Shown here piece by piece: positions 26,175 through 38,977 of a DNA stretch of 64,000 nucleotides (positions are counted from its first letter, which is position 1; every line of letters starts with the position of its first letter). The notes under the pieces are model-generated. The model did no database searches and was not told the origin of the DNA. It was given only the letters and a program-made list of their open reading frames with translations. The position numbers and the translations under genes are program-made. This stretch comes from Massalongia carnosa. Its lineage: Eukaryota. Location: assembly GCA_965645245.1 (NCBI GenBank), contig OZ287078.1, positions 124,001 to 188,000 on the forward strand, written 5' to 3'.

Positions 26175-26329
26175 TCTATTCCTATCATTTTCATTATGTC
26201 AGGTCAGTACGTTGACATTATTGAGATTTTGTTTCGACATTTCAAAGCCTTTAAGCAAGGACTGAGGTTGACAGAAAAACCTTCACTGATCTAAGTGATA
26301 ATTGACTTACGATTCACGGAGATGAAGTG

Positions 26330-26616
26330 CAAGCGACATCAAAAGAAGATCATGATCAAGCATTGCAGCTGCTGCTGAAGAAAAGAGCCGATGAGAACGC
26401 TCGAGGTGGAGCCATTGACGATGCAACTGCAAACGGCGTCATTTAATGATCATGATCGAGTGATGCAGATACCGCTCGACAAAGTGGCTAATCTCAACGC
26501 ACAAAGTGAAGGCTGTGACTACACATTGTAGACGGCATCAGCGAAAGGTCATGATAAAGAGATGCAAATGTTACTTGCCGCTGGTGCAATAGGTAGAAAC
26601 ATAGCACCGATGTGAC
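26330..26616 (+). pseudogene. Degenerate ankyrin-repeat C-terminal relic
   Basis: HDQALQLLLKKRADENARGG ... ANLNAQSEG ... TASAKGHDKEMQMLLAAGA with a stop and a frameshift; same ankyrin type as in the 13.4-kb NLR. Confidence 0.6.
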
Positions 26617-27074
26617 GAGCTAACTACTGATCTAGTGATATAGTGTTGGATACCAACCTATGGCGCTAGACATTATTATGGTCACGTGTAACAGTAGACC
26701 TATTCCGGTATGCGGCACACATCCTGGACTTGGATGATTTTAGACTTTAGAAGGACAGAGTTATAGAATCATTAATATAACAAAATGAATAACCTCATAC
26801 TTCTACAGGTTATGAGCCCGGCCAGCACATAAGCTCATTAATCTTCGCTAGCGACAGGCCACAAATACCCCACACCCCCCAGAGCAAAGCACCTAGAACG
26901 AAGAACTTCCTACCCGAAAAGGAGGGACGGTGTGAGGCAGGAGGGTTAAGAATGCTACTATGAGGTAGCATCCGACCCCACTTGGCTACCAAAAGGAGCC
27001 AATTCTGAAATGGCGGTGTGGAATCAAGTCAATGCGCCTGACCACCTACCACAATAGATAGGAAGAGTGCTACG

Positions 27075-27455
27075 CCCACATACTGAAAGGATACGAAGTA
27101 GAACGCTCATATACCAAAGGCTACGAGGCAAACGCTCACATACCAGACGGCTACGAGGCGAAGACGCTCATACGAAGCAGAACGCTCATATACCAAAGGC
27201 TACGAGGCAAATGCTCACATACCAGACGGCTACGAGGCGAAGACGCTCATACGAAGCAGAACGCTCACATACCGAAGGCTACGAGGCAGAACTTGCTCAT
27301 ATACCAAAGGTTACGAAGCGAAGACGCTCACATACCAGACGGCTACGAGGCGAAGACGCTCATACAAAGCAGAACGCTCACATACCGAAGGCTACGAGGC
27401 GGAGAACTTGCTCATATACCAAAGGTTACGAAGCGAAGACGCTCGCATACCACAA
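27075..27455 (+). repeat. Composite minisatellite in the Copia 5' leader
   Basis: Mixed 18-32 bp units built from CGCTCA(C/T)ATACC...GGCTACGAGGC(A/G)GAA. Confidence 0.85.
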
Positions 27456-27525
27456 CAGTTACAAGGCAACCCACCTTCCTACAACCCAAAGGCGTTGAGA
27501 ACTCTTCGCCCAAAAAACCACAAAA

Positions 27526-30500
27526 TGTCAGACCGACGAGAAGAGCAGGAGAAGGCTTCCCGCATCATTCTCCAAGGCTCCGAGAACTATACATTATGGC
27601 GATCCTACATTCTGGGAGAGCTCAAGCAGAAGAACTGCGCCTGGGCAGTCACCGGAAAGCCAGAGCCAACGAAGGAGTCCGTCAGATCGGACATCATAGC
27701 CATGGGCTTCAAACCCACCGAAATGACGGCCCAAGCACTCTGGACTGCCCTCTCCACCGAAATTAAAGAGCACCGAGCCTCCCTGAGCAAAGCGGAGGGC
27801 ATCATCAAAAACTCGGTAGCCTCCAAACACTAAGCAGCTATCGAGGGCAAAGAAGCCAAGGAAATGTGGGAAACCCTACAAACGAAATTTCAGCACATCT
27901 CTCCAATGAGCATCTCGCGACTCATCCTGGAGACCACCAAATTACGACTATCGGACTGCACAGACATTCACGAATATTGCAGCAAATACCAAGAGGCCTA
28001 CGACACTGTGTGCGGCCTCATTCCCACTGATTCCGAGATTCCCGCAAAAGGAGCCGAGGTACTCCTGCAGGCAGGACTGCTCACTGGAATGGGAAACGAA
28101 TACTCGGGGATCGTCTCCATGATGGAGACAGAGTGGAAAATGGGGAACACAAACATCGCCGAGAGCACTAAAAAGCTTATCCGGTTTGCAGAAATCAGGA
28201 AAGAGAACGACCAAACTCCAGGACAATCCGGCACACCCAAACAATCGGCACTCTTCACCTCCAAACCACCAAAGCCTAGTAAACGAGCACCCCCGGGGAC
28301 CTGCACAAACCCAGATTGCATCAAGAAGGGAAATACACAGCACTACACGGACCGTTGTTTCCTGAGATACCCCGAACTTCGGCCAAAACACTCGCTGCAT
28401 CAGATGAGAACAAAAGGCTCTAGGCAAAACCTCCAAAGCCAGACAGAGAGCCCTTCCGAGACCCCGTCCCGCGAAAGTTGACAACCAAAGGTGCTAGCGG
28501 TCAAAGGGCCGAGAGACGCTTCCTGGCTGGTTGACAGCGCGGCGGACGTGCACGTGTGCAATGATCGAAGCTTGATGACTGAGTACCACGAAAAGCCTAC
28601 CCGGATCGGAGGCTCAACTGCAGATGGGGTTTCACCAGGCCGTGGAAAGGTGCGCCTTCGCCTCAGCCTGAAAGACGGTCGCGAAGGAGTGATCCTGAAC
28701 CTGAACAACGTGTTTTTCCTTCCCCACAGTCCTTCTAATCTTGTCAGCCTCGGCCTTCTCAACATTCATGGAATTTTCTATGATAATGAGAACGAGACAC
28801 TTTATGATAGAAGAACAAAGGAAACCCTGGCTTACGCCGAAAGGTGGAGGACCAGCTTCCTTCTTCACCCTCTCAACCTCTCTGTCTCTGCAACTCATCT
28901 AAAGCAGATCGACGACAATACGTTCGAGTGGCCACCACACGCCTCCAGGACCACCACCTCATCAAAACTACCTCTCACCACCTGGCACAAACGACTCGGC
29001 CACCTCAACTTCCCCTCACTGAAGCAACATCTCCACAAACTCGAGATCGACTACGTGGACGACTCAGAAAAGTACGTGTGTGACAGCTGCCAACGTGCGA
29101 AAGCCACAAAAATCTACAACCGCCACGAGCCTTAGAAACGAGCAAGCGAGGCGTACCAGTTTATACACACAGACCTAGTAGGTCCCATCAACCCTGTTGA
29201 TTTTGGAGGGGAGAGATACTTCTTCACATTTACGGATGACTTCACGCGATATACCGAAGTGTACACTGGTGCCCGGAAAAGCGATTGGTTCAAATGTCTC
29301 AAGACCTTCTACAACCTCTGCAAAACCAGGTCACACAAGGGGAGACTAGTCGAACGCCTACGTTCAGACTATGGATCAGAACTGCAGAGCAAAAGGGTAG
29401 AGGAATGGTTTGCGAAGGGCATCACTTTTGAACCCTCAGCACCGTACTCTCAGGAACAAAACGGCGCGTCAGAACGAATGGGAAGAACCATCATGGATAT
29501 GACAAGAGCGACAATCCTAGAGGGAAGCCTTGATGACGAGCTGTGGCCTGAAATTGTTCTTGCGATGACGTACGTCAAAAACGTTCGCCACACGAAGGCT
29601 TTAGGTGGACACAACCCCTACCATGCACAGTAGAAAATCCACCCAGATATCCAACACCTCCGAGTGTTAGGCTCGACAGTGTACGTTCTCCTACACGAAG
29701 AGGAACGAGCCTTAAAGTCTGAGAAGTGGAACCCACGAGCCTTACGCGGTACTCTTGTTGGATACGATGGTCACACAATCTACAGAGTCCACATCCGAGA
29801 ACAGAACAAAGACATTCGCATCAAAGATCTCAGAATCTTTGAAGACTACAAGGCCAAGACGTCCACCGAGCTTCCTGAATACAAAAACACTCCCACCTTC
29901 TCAGGTTTCTTACTCTCCGATGACGATGACGAGGCGACGAGCGACACACAGATGTTGGATGTAGGCCGAAAGGTCAACAATGCAACAGGTGCCAGCGAGT
30001 CAACTCCCAGCAAAGTAACCCCTAGGAAGGGCCGAAAGGTCACTACTAGAGATGAAACTACTGGAGCGTCAAATGAAACTACGGAGACAAGGAAGTCTCG
30101 GTCTGGCCGAACGATTAGGCCTACACAAAAGGCTCAAGCTCAAGATCTGATAGTACATATCAGCAAGCTGCTAGACCTTGACTGGGAACACAACTCGGAG
30201 GAAAAAGCAAACGCGTTCCTGACAAACATCGAATGCGAGGAGGACGGTCATGACGCAGACGACGACCCATACAGAATCTTAACTTCGAGGCTCATTCAGG
30301 CCAACGCCCAAAGTAATGGAGACTACGTCCTTGCCACCCAATTAGATGTCGAAGAACCTGAGTCATACAACAGGGCAATGCAATGCCCCCACGCCTCGCA
30401 GTGGGCACAGGCAATGAAAGAAGAAATAGACTCTCTACACGAAAACAAGACCTGGGTTCTCATACCAAAGAACGAGATGGAGTCAGGTCATCGACCTCTG

Positions 30501-32003
30501 GGGGGGAAGTGGGTGTACAAGGTCAAACGTGATGTCGAAGGCAAGGTATCTAGATTCAAAGCCAGATGGGTTATCAAAAGGTACCTACAACAGTTTGGTG
30601 TTGATTTCGATCAAACCTACGCATCCGTGCTGAAGCCAATGGCCTTCAGAACCCTGTTCGCCCTTGCCGCCTTCTTCGACCTGGACATCGACCAGATGGA
30701 CGTAAAAACGGCTTTTCTCTATGGCCTCATTGATCAACTGATATATATGGAGATTCCAAAGGGAACTGAGACAGAAGCCACAAAGAATATGGTTTGCAAA
30801 CTGATGAAAGCTATCTACGGCCTCAAACAATCTCCCCGCCTCTGGTACGAACGCTTTTTAGCCTTCCTCCTCGAGAAATTAGGCTTGAAACGCATCCACG
30901 CAGACCACAGTATATTCGTATCGGGTGCAGGGCTGAAAGGCCCCATACTCAGCGTCTTCGTAGATGACATCAAGATTATGGCGCCAAAGGACAGTGGGAT
31001 AATCAAGCGAGTCAAAGCAGAACTCACAGCTGCATTCTCTATGTCAGATATGGGTCCCATCAGCTTTTACCTAGGATTGAGAATAGATCGGGATCGAAAG
31101 CAACGAACCATCAAACTGTCTCAACCGGCCTACATCGAAAAAGTGTTGGAGAGATTCCATCTTGACAAAGCCAACCCCGTCAACACCCCGATGAAAGAAT
31201 CTGTGCCACTCTCCCAACGCGAGGAAGGAGAAGCCTCACCACCAGAGAAGGAGAGATACCAAGGAATGACGGGGTCCATAATGTTCTCCATGGTAGAGAC
31301 CAGACCAGATATTGCCTTCGCCACGTCCCTCGTAAGTCGCTTTGCCAAGAACCCGAGCCATCAGCACACCGAAGCAGTCAAAACCATCCTCAAATACCTC
31401 AAGGGCTCGAAACATCGAGGCATAACCTATGGGGGGGATGAAGAACTGAAAATCGAAGGCTATTCGGACTCGGATTGAGCAGGTGACAAGGACAGCCGGA
31501 AGTCAACATCCGGTTTCATCTTTATGCTGAACGGGGGACCGATAAGCTGGTGCTCTAAAAGGCAATTAATAGTTGCTCTCTCTTCCACAGAAGCGGAATA
31601 CATCGCACTCACGCTGGCCGCCAAAGAAGCCACCTGGCTTCGTCTACTCCTCACAGAGCTTGGGGTGTTGGAAGCGGACCAACAGCATGCTGGGATCAAG
31701 GTCTCCAACAAGAACTCGTGCGTACAAGCGATCAACAGAGACCTCAACAGCCTCAAGCCCAGCGACGGAGACCCCACTGTTTCACTCAAAGGTGACAACC
31801 AAGGATCTCTTGCTCTGGCACACAACCCAGTATTCCATGCCAGGACCAAACACATCGATATCCAGCACCATTACATCCGAGACGAGGTTGAGGCAAAGAG
31901 AATCGAGTTGACCTACGTGCCAACTGGGGAGATGATCGCCAACGGCCTGACGAAAACGCACGCAAAGTTCCACACCTTTGTCGAACAGATGCAGATGACC
32001 TAG
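27526..32003 (+). pseudogene. Copia gag-pol with in-frame stops
   Basis: WLVDSAA protease, WHKRLGH/CDSC zinc finger, RSDYGSE/QNGASER integrase, FVDD RT, RTKHIDI RNase H; stops at 27831, 28479, 29133, 29631, 31476. Confidence 0.93.
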
Positions 32004-32399
32004 AGCCAAATCAGCACAGCCACACTACCTGGAGCCACAACCTACCAATGAACCGATGCAACCAACAGCTGCTGATTCTTCCAAAAAATAACGAGATAAA
32101 AATCGATTCGCTAGCGTGGGCGATTCTTACGTAGCTAGCGCATAGCTTGTGGGGGGGTGTTGGATTCCAACCTATGGCGCTAGACATTATTATGGTCACG
32201 TGTAACAGTAGACCTATTCCGGTATGCGGCACGCATCCTGGACTTGGATGATTTTAGACTTTAGAAGGACAGAGTTATAGAATCATTAATATAACAAAAA
32301 TATAACCTCATACTTCTACATATAGTGACACGCGGTGAACAAAAAAATCCACACACCCGCTGATAAGCAAAATATTCAAATTTGATAATTATCGTCTAA

Positions 32400-33360
32400 C
32401 CCGTTAAAACCCTCGCATTCTTGTCTGTCTAGAGTTTGGCTGCTCCCTCCTATTCGCACCACGCTGCGCCCTAGGGGATCAGGAACACTCGGCTCAGAGG
32501 GCCCAGCTTGCTCGCTGAAATGCTGGCCCCTGGTGCGAGTGACAGAGAAACTCCCAAATCCCAAAACTGAATGGCCTGCTGGCAGTGCCGTTCCGACCGA
32601 TGCTAGCCTGACTGATGCTGCTTCGACTAAGGCTCAACCGGGCGAGGATAAAGGGCGCTGAAAACGTATAGATGTATTGAGAACTTAATCTAAACTAGAC
32701 TGAATGTAAAGCTGGTATGCATTCGATTTCTATCGTCCAAGTTGCTATATTTCTTCTTTAGAAAGTGCGTTTATTCAGCTGTGGTTGTTGCTGCTCTTCT
32801 TCTGAATGTCTGGAAAATTTTCATTTTATGCCTAGCTAATTAATATCTGATTGGAGCCGGATGATGAGATACTCTTTTATAAGAGAGCCGCCTTTTGAAT
32901 AAATAAGAGGCTAGAAGAAGGTCGTGGAAATTGGATGAACAATTTTCGGAGAGAGGAAATTGCGCAAGTTCCACCATAAGCATTGCGCCTTTCTTGACTC
33001 GATCATTTTCGAAGCAAGAGCTTATTAAACTGAATTCCTGCTGATTGTCTTATTAATTGTCATGACGCAAATTCAGGATTCTGAAAATCTTTACTTAAGC
33101 AGGTGAACTTTCCTGCTCGGAGAAAAGTTGCAAAAGTTAAACAGTAAGCGGCGCGTATCACTGCTTGTGATTCGACTGTTAAATCAAGCTGTGACACTAG
33201 TTGTAAAAGAAAATCCTTTGTGATAGGAAGACGCTCGCGATTGTCTTCTTCCCCTCGTCTTCTTCTGATGCCCGTGATCAGTCTCCGAAGTGAAGAATGA
33301 TAAAAAATTGCCAGATCTTCCACATCAAAATCAATTAACATAGATCTAAGCCAGGCAAGG
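32400..33360 (-). mobile_element. Highly degenerate 3' part of another YR retrotransposon
   Basis: ORF 33060-33380 RERLPITKDFLLQL...FATFLRAGKFT aligns with the YR at 34908-35783; structured 3' tail. Confidence 0.75.
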
Positions 33361-34726
33361 TAACGTAACTCACTAGACAACGGAACAAACCGTTCAACGG
33401 AACTAACTAAATTTCACTTAGTCTTTGAAGCCTTCTTCCCACCCAATTTACATACCATTCTAGCTTCAATGACTATTACATGTAAAAATAACATTACATA
33501 TGCATGCATGTCTCATAAAGCAGTCACATTTTGCTCGGTAGTCGGACAATGCGACCCCGTCGGGTTATTTTAACCATTTTCACCTCCTCCACCTCTACCT
33601 CTTTCACCCCTTCCACCACCTTCATCAACTCTACCTCTTTCACCCCTTCTACTATCTCTTCCGCCTCTCTGATTGGTCGAAGCATGGGAGGGGGGAGTAA
33701 TGATCTTTTGAAAGGACTAATAAGCGTTCTTTGTGAACTATCAGATGCTTTCTGAGGACTTTTCTGACCACTTTTAGTCGGGGATGAAGTGGACGTATGT
33801 CCTAGTAAATCAGGCCCAAATCGACACATTTCTCTGAATGTTTTGATAAGGTCCTGCTCGGCGCGTTTTATTTGTGCGGCCTTTCGTTTATCATCCTTCT
33901 CTTTCTGTTTATTTTTAGCCCATTGCTGTCTCTGTTGTACGTCTTCAAGGCTCAGTACTCGAGCCTTTCCACCATAGTGAGCCCCGCTACGATTGGCACG
34001 ATGATGCCGCAGTACATTGGCCTGAAGAAGTTCGGTGTTGGTAATTCGTAGCAAGGTAGAGTCGGCAAAGGCATATTTGGCCCCTTTTATCAATTTATTT
34101 AGGGTTCGGATACGGGGACACCGGGTAGATGCATGTACACCGGGCACTTGATGCATGTACACCGGGCACTTGATACATATACACCCTCTTCCCAAAAAGG
34201 TAAAGGGCCGGCACATTTTCGCACCACTTCACCTTTCTTGGTTAGCAGATGAAAAATCAGATGAGATCTTGAAATTTTCAATTGATGCATCATCTTTCTC
34301 AATCATTCTCAAATCATGCCTCTGGCTCTTCCTCACGATGACCAGGTTTTTTCCACCTTGGAAGAACTCATTCTCAGCGTCAATACTCACGCCGGCTCAG
34401 AAGGATACGCGGTGGTCACAGCTAGATCAAAGAAATCAGATCTTGGCATCAAGAGAAAAGTCTGGTTGCGCTGCGACAGGGGAGGTAGCAATCGAATACC
34501 TCGAGGCAGAGATAGACGTCATACCAATACTCGAATCATCGATTGTCAGTTCAAGGTCACGGCGGTGCGAAACAGAGTGGATGGAACCTGGTTATTGGAA
34601 GTAATCAACCCATTCCATAATCATGAAGCTACAATTGCTGGATCGCATCCAACGTTACGCAAAATGGCTATGACTGAAGAGATTAAGAACGACATCTCTA
34701 GACAATTGACCGTGCAAACAGCCCCT

Positions 34727-37700
34727 GTAATTCGCGGGCTCCATCGTGTCAGCTGAACATATATATAATTTCTATCTATGTTTGGGCAACTCTCCCCTCG
34801 CTGCTGCCCTGCTGGCGCTCAGTTTTGCTGAGGGCCCCTCCTATAATGGCTTTGTTTTGGCAGCAGTGAGGGGAAAAACTCCCAACCCCAAACAGGGAAT
34901 AGCCCACCTACGGTGGTGCTGTTCGGAACGTGGCGGGGGGTCGTTGAAAACGAAGGGAGGTCGCTATTAATTGGTCCGGGTGTGTCTGAATGTACAATTG
35001 ATACGAGTCTGATTTCCATCGGCCCAAGGTCTGAATATCTTCCTCTAGCAAGCCCGAGTTCTTGGCCGTTATTGCTGCACCCCGTCGAAACGAATGACCC
35101 GAGTAATTCCCTCGGACGTCAACTGCCCGGAGGCCACTCCGTAGGGCCTGCACTAAATATTCACGAGTGAAGGCCTTGTCCTGAACCTGGAACAATGGGG
35201 ACGATGCTGGTTTCGGGAATCGGGTAAACAAGTTCCGAATGGAGGTGATCGAGCATGCTTCGTCGTTTGTTGCTGCGATATAAATTTTTCTACCCCTTCG
35301 AAAAGGATCCGTCTTGGATGACGGTAGGGAAAGAATTATTCGATCCGCCTGTAGATCCACCGATTTCCTAGTTAAATGCCATGAATCGAAGCTGGAGTCT
35401 TGCATTTCACCCTGTTTGTAGGTAAATTCTCCCGCTCTTAAGAAGGCGGCGAATGCAATGCTGTATGCTGCATGAAGTGTTGCCTGGACCTCGTTCGTAG
35501 TGTCTAGTTTCCGTAGCAATTTTATCAAAATGTTGCGTGTGATTGGTAGCCTTTCTCGTCTTTCTGGTTCACCGTGCATTCGTTTTATTCCCGCAATTAT
35601 TCTGTCTAGGACTGGATGGTGAAAGACCTCCAGGTCCCCTAGGCCCATGTCCAATTGGCTCGATCGTACTCCAGCTAAATAGTTTTTGATGGTTTTGGGG
35701 CGGAGCCCTCGCTGACCCAGGGCGGCTATCCATGCCGAAAGGCTTCGAATTGTCGCTGGAAAGGGAGGGAAATTCGTTGCCAATTGACAGTGGGTCGTGT
35801 AGCTTTTCCGGGCTGCATCGTATAGCCCTCGAGTCCTAATTGCTATGCCCCACCATAAATATCTGGCTGCTCGGCGATCCAGCGGAACCTCGTTATACCA
35901 AGTCTCTGGAGGGTCGCGGGCGAGTGACGCCGTTATTTGTTCGATGAAATGCCCTGCAGGTTGGGGTAATTGTCAGCGATTTTTCCAAATAGTCCTCGGG
36001 ACAACCAATCTGCTAAGAAATTTTCTTTGGTAGACAGCCAGTGTGGTTCAATCTCAATGTCATATATTGCCGCCATCATGGCGATATTCCGGAGGGGATG
36101 CATGGCCCCGCCCCGAATGGAGGTCTTTTTGACCCCGGACATTACAGCAAAGCTGTCGCAATAAAGAAGAAGATGAGCTCCCTTGCACATGGGGAGCCAC
36201 CGCCGTATGGCGTGCAGAATCGCTGTCATCTCCTTCTCATTGATATGTTTGGCTCTGAGCCTGGTGGTATAACGTTCAGAAACCACTTGCTCAGCGGGCA
36301 ATGTGTGTGTGGTCTGACCACCTTGAAGTATGTATGCCCCGATTCCGAAGTCCCCACTGGCATCCGTCCAGAGACGGAGCAGGGGTCTAGAAGGGCTAAT
36401 AATGTGTATGCCGTTCCATAATGGAAGGAAATGATGCCACCATAAAAGATCAGCTTTTATGTGAGAATTGATATGAATAAATGGGCGCGCGGGCCCGATT
36501 TTGCTGTTGAAAAGGCGTCGGATAAAAGTTCTTCCCGGTACCACCACTTTGGCTGCAAAGCACAGAAATCCCAGCAGAGTGTCTAGCTCGTTTCTGGTTA
36601 TCGTGGATTTATTCAATGTTGATTGGACGAGATCCTTAGCTTTCTGAAGCTTTTCGGCCGGTAGTCGTGCCTGCATCAGGTGTGTGTCCAGCTCTATGCC
36701 CAGGAATTCGACTACCGTGCCTTGTTTATTTTTCTTTTCGTTGATTTTTAGGCCGAGGTCTGAACAGATTTCGGCAAAGTTCCGATCGAAGGGTGCCGCA
36801 TCGGGAATAGCGCGAACGATTCCGAGAAAACCGTCCAAGTAGTGAATAACTTCGCCATTTGTTTTATTAATCATCATCCAGTTCAGACCTTTCGCGAATA
36901 AGTCAAACAAGAAGGGAGACGTCCTGAGGCCGAATGGAAGAAAGCGTTCTATCAGTAAACCCCGTTCCAACAAAAACCCAGCAACCACCAATCGCTTTGC
37001 GCCACTGGAACGTGGCGAAAGGCATCGGCTAGATCTCGTTTGATCAGTACGCAGTCCTTGCCCATTCTTCTGACGCCGGCGAGGGCTTCGTCGAAAGTGA
37101 TATATTCCAGAGCGCCCCATTCCTCGGGAATGAAGTCGTTTACCGACTTACCCTCGGGGTGGGAGAGGTGATGAATACGGCACCATCCTCCGTTTGCTTT
37201 GGGGACTAAGCCTAAGGGGAGCATATATATTTGCTGGTAGGGTGGGCACCTCGATCAATCGGTTTTTGGCCCTTTGGTCCTCTACGTCCATGGTTAGAAT
37301 TTCTGGGGCCTCGTTGGCCGAGGCCAGGTTGCTGCTTAGAATGAACTGATCTGGGCCGGTGTAACCAATTTTGGCCCCGTACACGATTATATCGTGAATG
37401 GTCTGTTTGTAAATTTTGTCCGGATGACCCATGAGGTGAAGTTCCCAGCCTTCTTTTCTTAGAGGCCCTGAGGGTACGATTGCTGATTTATCTATCAGCG
37501 GATAGGGGAACCCTTCGGCGATATGATCAAATGGGCCGGCTAGTCAATCTCGTCTACCTGTTGACATGAAATTTGGGTTGCTGATATGTGCCTTGGGGCA
37601 GTTGTTTTTCGTGTGATGGCCGAAACAGAGACTGCAGACGTGAGGGTACCTGCAGTCCTTGCATTCCCGCCCTGCGTTGTATCGATTGCAGGACATAGGC

Positions 37701-38977
37701 TTTGGTTCAGTGGAGCCGCCTACCGGAATTGATCCCGGGTGCTGTTTTGGTGGTACCTCCCGTCATGGACAAGTTAGGTGTCCGTCGAGTAAGGTACATG
37801 TTTTCGACGGTGGTGTCGATTCTCCTCCATCCGGCCGGGTCGTTCACTCCCTGGTACACCCGACCCCTGTGGAAGATTATATGAAATACTCGTACTGACT
37901 CCCAAGTATAGATGGTGTAATGTAACAACAAGCGGTCCTGATAGGTTTGAAAGGCCCTACAAAGACTGTCTTTTATTCCGGATGATGCCAAATGAAGCAA
38001 GACCTGCCAATACACCCCGAGGCAGCGAATCAGGTGAGGTAGTCCTTGATGTCTCCTGGTGACGCATCGTCTTCTTCTTGTATTAACTCGTATCCTTTGG
38101 CCAGGTTCACTCGTTTGACAGTTGGTTTGATTAAGACTACATCGGTGCAGAGCTTGGAAATATTTATGGGATCGAATTTGTTGTTCAGAATTTGTCGGAA
38201 ATAAATGCTGTTTATGGCGGGATACTCGATAATTAGAGGAAGGAGACATGGATCCGTACCTTCGGTTTCAGCGGGCAGTAGCTGGTTCGGGTGGGGAGTG
38301 TGTGCCTCCTGCCTACCCTCGGGGACTGTGATTCCTTCCCTTATGCGCTGAATGGCCGCCAAGTTGTCGGCGATTTGCTTTTGAAGGTGACGGGTCTCCT
38401 CCTGCCTGAGGGCTGTCGCCGTGGCCTCCTGCTGAGCCCTGAGGTCCAACAGCAGGTCCGGGGTTGGTTCCGGTGTTCGGTGGACGTCTATCACATCGCC
38501 CGGAAGTGTTCCTTCCGATCCTTGAGTGTTCGGAGGATGCTGTGTTTCTGGAACTATGGCCCCTCCCCTAGGGGGTCGGGTGGAACGAGTGGGACGTTGA
38601 CCAGGCCCGGAGGTGTTTCCGGAGCGGGCGGAAGGCTTGGTGATTCTTTGAGGGCGATGGGAAGGCATGATGGGCTCAATGTGGGAGGTAATATAGGATG
38701 AGAAATGGAGGTGATTTAGAATGATGGGGTTGAGGGTGGGTGATTGACAGATGTGTTTAATTCGGGAAAGACTTTCAAAGGACCTTTTGGTGCTGAACTC
38801 CGAATCAATGGTGATGATGAGGAGAAGAGTGCCAAAAGGCCACCTATTTATGCCCTTTCTCTCCCCTCCTTGTCCAACTATTTGGACATCATCCTCCTTC
38901 GGCCTTCGGCCTTCGTTGGCTATCCACGGCCTGCCTCCACTCGGTCCCGGCATTACCTTTCGCCCTAGCCGAATTAC
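34727..38977 (-). mobile_element. Full-length YR (Ngaro/DIRS-type) retrotransposon, frameshifted
   Basis: gag-like ORF with Cys/His finger (about 38669-37545), RT/RNase H (about 37430-35933; YLDG instead of YLDD), YR; ends defined by the interrupted MULE frame. Confidence 0.93.
34908..35783 (-). CDS. Tyrosine recombinase of the YR retrotransposon
   Basis: FLRAGE, SKTDP, GHSFRRG, LGRWKS..YQLY catalytic motifs. Confidence 0.9.
   Translation of the reverse strand: MATNFPPFPATIRSLSAWIAALGQRGLRPKTIKNYLAGVRSSQLDMGLGDLEVFHHPVLDRIIAGIKRMHGEPERRERLPITRNILIKLLRKLDTTNEVQATLHAAYSIAFAAFLRAGEFTYKQGEMQDSSFDSWHLTRKSVDLQADRIILSLPSSKTDPFRRGRKIYIAATNDEACSITSIRNLFTRFPKPASSPLFQVQDKAFTREYLVQALRSGLRAVDVRGNYSGHSFRRGAAITAKNSGLLEEDIQTLGRWKSDSYQLYIQTHPDQLIATSLRFQRPPATFRTAPP

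Larger units (their letters stand above)
26644..32320 (+). mobile_element. Full-length Ty1/Copia LTR retrotransposon (copy 1)
   Basis: LTRs 26644-26807 and 32158-32320 (TG...CA, few differences); TSD TATAG; PBS GGTTATGAGCCC; G-run PPT; PR-INT-RT-RH order. Confidence 0.97.

Noticed and set aside
27067..27766. Repetitive ORFs or CRISPR-like pattern in the Copia leader
   Set aside because: Tandem repeat without unique spacers; ORFs are by-products upstream of the gag ATG at 27526
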